From an uncultured Gemmatimonadota bacterium (GTDB lineage Bacteria; SM23-81; DAOVCL01), in contig CAZVGK010000004.1 of the NCBI GenBank assembly GCA_964626665.1, positions 1-64,000 on the forward strand: 64,000 nt of DNA. Direction: 5' to 3'. A program made the position numbers and the translations under genes. Within the stretch, counting starts at the first letter, position 1. Each line of letters opens with the position of its first letter. A model generated the notes under the pieces. That model did no database searches. It saw only the letters and a program-made list of their open reading frames with translations, and had not been told where the DNA came from. Positions 59,685 to 64,000 of the stretch are shown piece by piece.

Positions 59685-60853
59685 ACATTGGCTCTACAAA
59701 AAAGGAGACCAGAAGGTCCTTTTTTATCTCAGTAACTTTGCATCTGGCTGCCCTCCTTCTTTTGATCTTTAATGGGGGGACCAAACAGAGATCTATGGGT
59801 TCAAAGCTTACCGAGGTATCCTTCATAGAGAGGTATGGGCCGGATGTGGCCAGCAAGATAGTGAGAAGGAGGATCCCCATCCGCACTCACAGCCTATTGA
59901 AGAAGATATTTCCCTCCCAGAAGAAGGGAGATAAGTCCGCCGGGGTGAGAGAAAGGTCACGCCCCTCGGGTCACCAGGGGAGAAGCAAGCCAATCGGTAA
60001 AAGCATAATTGCCTCCCACACCAAAAAGGTGGAGGATCTAATAGATGTTGACCAGGATGTGAGGGTAAGCAGTCAACCAAGGAAGAGATCGACAATTGCC
60101 CAGGGGAAACTGGTGGGAAGAAAAGCGGAGGTTAATCTTAGAGACCTCCCATTTGAGGTAGAGGAGGATCTGCCGAAGCTAGAGAGCGCAGATATAGAGA
60201 TGGCAGTGAAGATTCCGGTAGGCGGATTAGAGTCAGGAAACAAGCGCTTTGTGGGGGGGATATTGACCAAAGGGGAAAAGGGTCTGGAGGAGCCGGTTAT
60301 CTTTCCTCTGGCAAGTTCAGGGGATCTGGTCGACATTTCAGATGGTGGCGGAGGTGGGGGACGGGGTACTCTTTTGAACTATGGGGAAACGGGTTCTGCG
60401 GGAGGGGGTGGAAATCCTACGGGAAGGAGAGGAAATTCGGAAGTGATAATCCCAAAAGCCAAGAGATTGAAGATGCTGAGCGAAGAGGTTGATGCCCAGG
60501 TAGTTGTTAAATCACAGAGGGAAGAGAGAGGAGGAAACCTCAAGTCTGGCCGAGGGGTGACGATGAGACTGTCTGGACCACTTTCGGGCAGAAAGATCTT
60601 AAGGTCCTTTGCCCCAGAGTATCCGGAATGGGCGAGGAGGAAGGGGATAGAGGGAAGAGTAGATCTCCACCTAACGGTGAATCCGAATGGGTTTGTCAAG
60701 GATAATGTCTGGGTGGAAAGAACCTCCGGACAAACTGGCCTTGACCGGGTGGCCATTGATGCCGTAAAGAGATGGGTATTTGCCCCTCTGCCTTCGGACG
60801 TGGCTCAAATAGAGCAGTGGGGAATAATTACCATCTTCTTCAGGTTGGAATAA
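59681..60853 (+). CDS. TonB family energy transducer
   Basis: N-terminal TM SVTLHL (S-x-x-L-H); C-terminal PEYPEWARRKGIEGRV...LDRVAIDAVKRWVFAP; GTG start overlaps the exbD stop. Confidence 0.88.
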   Translation: MNIGSTKKETRRSFFISVTLHLAALLLLIFNGGTKQRSMGSKLTEVSFIERYGPDVASKIVRRRIPIRTHSLLKKIFPSQKKGDKSAGVRERSRPSGHQGRSKPIGKSIIASHTKKVEDLIDVDQDVRVSSQPRKRSTIAQGKLVGRKAEVNLRDLPFEVEEDLPKLESADIEMAVKIPVGGLESGNKRFVGGILTKGEKGLEEPVIFPLASSGDLVDISDGGGGGGRGTLLNYGETGSAGGGGNPTGRRGNSEVIIPKAKRLKMLSEEVDAQVVVKSQREERGGNLKSGRGVTMRLSGPLSGRKILRSFAPEYPEWARRKGIEGRVDLHLTVNPNGFVKDNVWVERTSGQTGLDRVAIDAVKRWVFAPLPSDVAQIEQWGIITIFFRLE

Positions 60854-61151
60854 ATATCAAGTCCACCACGGACTAGCACAGCGCGGAAAAGCCGCAACCA
60901 AACAATTCACCGCAAAGTCGCAAAGGACGCAAAGCCTACCACGGAACCTCACGGATAAACAATAGCCACAGATTACACAGATTTCACTGATAATGAAAAA
61001 GATACTTGAGATTTCAGGCGTTCACCTGGTATATACCGCAATTTACATTCAAACCTTTGTTTTCTCTGCGCCTACTTTGCGAGCTTTGCGGTTAAAAAAC
61101 TTTACCCAAAAAACAAGATCTTGCAAAATTGTAGTTAAGGGGGAAAATAAA

Positions 61152-62054
61152 ATGCGAAATTTACTCTCTTATCTTATCTCGCTTTTCTTTATTTTTTTCT
61201 CTGTGGCTCCCAATTGGGCCGAAGAGGGAACGGGTGATGTCTCCCTCCCGGATGTGGTGGTGAAAGCCAAGAGCAAGGAGAAAACAAAGATAGAGAAGGC
61301 TGAATCCCCTCTCTCGGTGGAGACCTACATCATAGATGAGGCCAAATCCCCTCTCGATGCCCAGATTTTGGAGATATCCCCGGTGCAGAGTGTTGAGGTC
61401 TACCTAAAGGACATCCCCCCTCTAACCACTGAACAGACTATTCACCCCTGGTTGCCCCCCATAGTAGCTCAACCAGTGGTGGTCTTCTTCCCTCAGGAAA
61501 AGGAAGGGATGATCGAATGGGAGCTGGTGATCACCGATTATCAGGGGGAGGAGGTAAAGAAGTTCAACGGCAAGGGCAGGCCTCCAGATAGGATAGAGTG
61601 GGATGGGGTAGACCGCAATTACCGAACCCTAAAGGTAGGGTTCCCCTATTCCTATGTATATACCGCAGTTGATGTGGGGACCAACTCCCATACCTATGTA
61701 GGGGAGCCTTTCAAGGTAAACGCATTTAAGTATCCCAGAGAGCACGACCTTGTAGTGGACATCGTCAACGCCAAGCTCTTTGGGGAAGAGGGCCTTAATT
61801 TAAGCAGAGATGGCAGCTTCCTTATGGGGAAAGTCGCCGATCTGGCCAGATCTTATCCCAACTCCCCAATTTCGGTCACAGTCTATAGCCAGGGCGCCTC
61901 CCTGGCCCAGAAGAAGGCAGATGTGCTGGCTGATTATCTCTCCCAGGACCTGATCATCTCCCCGGAAGGGATTAAGAGGGTGGGCAAGAAGCCAACTGGC
62001 CCCGGCATCGATCCTGGCGGCTATACGCAGATCGTCATCTCCCATGCCAGGTAA
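61152..62054 (+). CDS. Exported protein with FlgD-Ig-like domain and degenerate OmpA-like C-terminal domain
   Basis: Signal peptide; WELVITDYQG..VKKF.G.G.PP..IEWDG; C-terminal LAQKKADVLADYL...I...G. Confidence 0.65.
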   Translation: MRNLLSYLISLFFIFFSVAPNWAEEGTGDVSLPDVVVKAKSKEKTKIEKAESPLSVETYIIDEAKSPLDAQILEISPVQSVEVYLKDIPPLTTEQTIHPWLPPIVAQPVVVFFPQEKEGMIEWELVITDYQGEEVKKFNGKGRPPDRIEWDGVDRNYRTLKVGFPYSYVYTAVDVGTNSHTYVGEPFKVNAFKYPREHDLVVDIVNAKLFGEEGLNLSRDGSFLMGKVADLARSYPNSPISVTVYSQGASLAQKKADVLADYLSQDLIISPEGIKRVGKKPTGPGIDPGGYTQIVISHAR

Positions 62055-62443
62055 AGACTCAACTCTTAGTTATATTCTCCTTGCTTGTTGAGGATGTTAT
62101 CATCCTCAACAGAGGTTCCTTCTGTCATTGCGAGCCCCGTTAGATATCAATGACGTTTCGCTGAACTCCGAGATTGGTAGAAATTATCTAACGGGGCGAG
62201 CGAAGCGAAGCAATCTCATAGGTGTTCAACGGAGGCTTATTGGATTCTTGAGGGATGATAACATCCCTCAAGAGCCGGGCGACAAAAGTTTTTGTGCTCG
62301 ATTTCATATCGGGCGGAAAGAGACGCCCCATCTAAAATGGGGCGCTACCGTTTATCATCGTAAGGAAAGGAGGTTTTGAATGTAACAAGCAAAGAGATGT
62401 TTTTTTGTCCAATAACTAACCCATAGAAAGAAGAGGAGGCACG

Positions 62444-63331
62444 ATGAAGAGGTTACCCTTGTTTCTTTCTCTAATAGTCCTTTTTGCCCTGACGGGCTGC
62501 AGTAAGAAGAGTACAAATTCTGAGCAAACAGATGAGGGAACCATCCGGGAGTTTATCTTTGACTCGGACTGGTTTAAACTCACTAACCACTTTGAGGGTG
62601 AAGCGGTCAGCGACTCTGGGGATACGAGCACAACGGCGGGCAAAGTCCTCTGTGACACCCTCACCGTACTCTGGGGAAGGAAGATCACCGATCATCCTGA
62701 TCCCCAGGTGACCATCGAGATCACGGGAGATTCGGCCTTCGTCTCCTGGACGATAAACACAGTGGGCTGGTTTCACATTATCAAATGGGTATCATCAGAT
62801 AGTAGTCATTGGGTGCACATCAAGAAGCCCCTGAGCGAGACGGCCAATCTTTATGCCATATTCAAGAGAAGGGGTGAGGTCAATCTTCCCCATCGAGGAT
62901 GGGAGTTGAACAAGATCTCCGGGGCTGAGGGAACATCGGACTCGGTGTGCACGGTAGAGATTCTAAGCATTAATATCCAAAGCAGTAGCTATGATACCAC
63001 CATCACCAATCCCCTGGAGCTGTTTGACATAACAGATGTGCTCACCTTTGAGACCGGAGAGGAGGTCAAAATTACGGTGGAGACCACCGGTGAGCCCGCC
63101 AAGCTCTTCCTTCATGTCTTCACCCACCTCTGGCCCTGGCATTTTAGGATACCCTTTCAAAAAGAGGAGGGTGGAACCTTTATCGGCACCTGGAAGGTGC
63201 AGAGGATACCGGCAGTCAAGTTCGCCGTCTTTGATCTGCTGCGACACGAGACCATCTACGACGACAGCTACCCCTACGACTCCAACGGCTGGCTCTTCCC
63301 TTACTTGGTAAAATCAACCGTGAGCAACTAA
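62444..63331 (+). CDS. Lipoprotein of unknown function
   Basis: Lipobox LTGC, RBS GAGGAGG, 295-aa ORF. Confidence 0.75.
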   Translation: MKRLPLFLSLIVLFALTGCSKKSTNSEQTDEGTIREFIFDSDWFKLTNHFEGEAVSDSGDTSTTAGKVLCDTLTVLWGRKITDHPDPQVTIEITGDSAFVSWTINTVGWFHIIKWVSSDSSHWVHIKKPLSETANLYAIFKRRGEVNLPHRGWELNKISGAEGTSDSVCTVEILSINIQSSSYDTTITNPLELFDITDVLTFETGEEVKITVETTGEPAKLFLHVFTHLWPWHFRIPFQKEEGGTFIGTWKVQRIPAVKFAVFDLLRHETIYDDSYPYDSNGWLFPYLVKSTVSN

Positions 63332-63363
63332 TCTTGCTCATTCAGGATTTTCTCATCCTGAAC

Positions 63364-63397
63364 AAGGGAGGGCCGGGTAGCCCCGGCCCTCCCTTTA
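63364..63397 (+). terminator. Intrinsic terminator
   Basis: AAGGGAGGGCCGGG-TAGC-CCCGGCCCTCCCTT followed by TAT. Confidence 0.7.
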
Positions 63398-63554
63398 TGT
63401 GCGGATTTCGGTCAGGATCAAAGAGCCAAAGGAGGTGTTTGACCTGATTCCGAACAGGGTTGGTTTAAAAAGGTTACTAGGATTACCTCCAATGGTTAAG
63501 TTCTCCTCCAATTGGCAGTTAGCTGAAGAGTAAAGTTGCCTCCTTCTGGTTTTT

Positions 63555-63569
63555 TGGTATAAAAATTGC
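63555..63569 (+). promoter_or_regulatory. Putative sigma-54 promoter
   Basis: TGGTAT-AAAAA-TTGC. Confidence 0.45.
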
Positions 63570-63795
63570 AAATAGTTAAAACAGTTTTCCACGGAATCTC
63601 ACGGAAAAAAGCAATTAAGGATTGAGAACTAAAAATGAAATTTATGCTGGCTATTCCCGATCCTTGAAGACTAATCCCTGTTTTTCTGTGCAAACCCGTG
63701 GTTGTATGTGGTTAGCTATTAAAAGAAAACCAGATCCTCTCAAAAAACCCTTGACAGAGGGAAAAGGATTTAATAATATCCTCTCAATTTGAGCG

Positions 63796-64000
63796 ATGAG
63801 AAAACGATGGTGCAGTTTCGGCGTTCTCTTGGGAGGAATTATCCTTTGGGGGGCTCAGGGGGCATTTTCTCTTCATAACCTTCTTTTAGACGACCAGAAG
63901 GTTGATACGGTCTCAGTGGGCCAACCATTTCTCCTCTCCTTTGATTTAGAGAGGATGGGGGGCTTAGTGGGAGCGGAAATATGGATGGATCTAAATAGGG
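63796..64000 (+). CDS. Secreted protein, partial (runs off the window)
   Basis: MRKRWCSFGVLLGGIILWGAQGAFS signal peptide; open to the end; TTGACA-N17-TAATAT at 63751. Confidence 0.6.
   Translation, partial: MRKRWCSFGVLLGGIILWGAQGAFSLHNLLLDDQKVDTVSVGQPFLLSFDLERMGGLVGAEIWMDLNR

Noticed and set aside
58233-60853. Canonical Tol-Pal division operon
   Set aside because: No tolB or pal, two ExbD paralogues, and a TonB-type C-terminal domain
60993-61151. N-terminal extension of the 353-aa ORF
   Set aside because: Passes through intergenic repeats; the signal peptide and RBS point to ATG 61152

Overview
Chromosomal window from a probably uncultured diderm bacterium; T9SS-type C-terminal domains and a PorV-like protein suggest an FCB-affiliated or similar lineage, but taxonomy cannot be fixed from this sequence. 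Left to right: (1) a minus-strand exopolysaccharide locus (wza-like, Wzz/GumC, STAS fusion, TPR, CpsD kinase, epimerase, deacetylase, methyltransferase, ATP-grasp) with accessory inserts, divergent from a GAF kinase / hybrid kinase / sigma-54 activator operon. (2) An IS110 element with one in-frame stop, whose ends, CT core, circle-junction promoter and bridge-RNA guides can all be read directly; it inserted into a REP-like palindrome. (3) Housekeeping genes: ispH fused to a UbiA-like domain, galT, PTS IIA, NUDIX, ssb, HEAT protein, nadE, rsmI, macro domain. (4) tRNA-Asn preceded by an interrupted 5'-half copy and a GIY-YIG ORF. (5) An accessory island with radical SAM, TA pairs, gene relics and a decayed integron. 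(6) A roughly 18 kb plus-strand cluster behind a sigma-54 promoter: 2161-aa repeat protein with T9SS/FlgD-like CTD, PorV-like barrel, 996-aa TPR, lipoproteins, ExbB, two ExbD, TonB and a FlgD/OmpA-like protein. This cluster is the best candidate for an undescribed, Ton-energised, T9SS-like export or assembly system. Three divergent DUF5678-like + retropepsin gene pairs and several families of short intergenic palindromic repeats also occur. All family assignments are by motif recognition; no searches were run.
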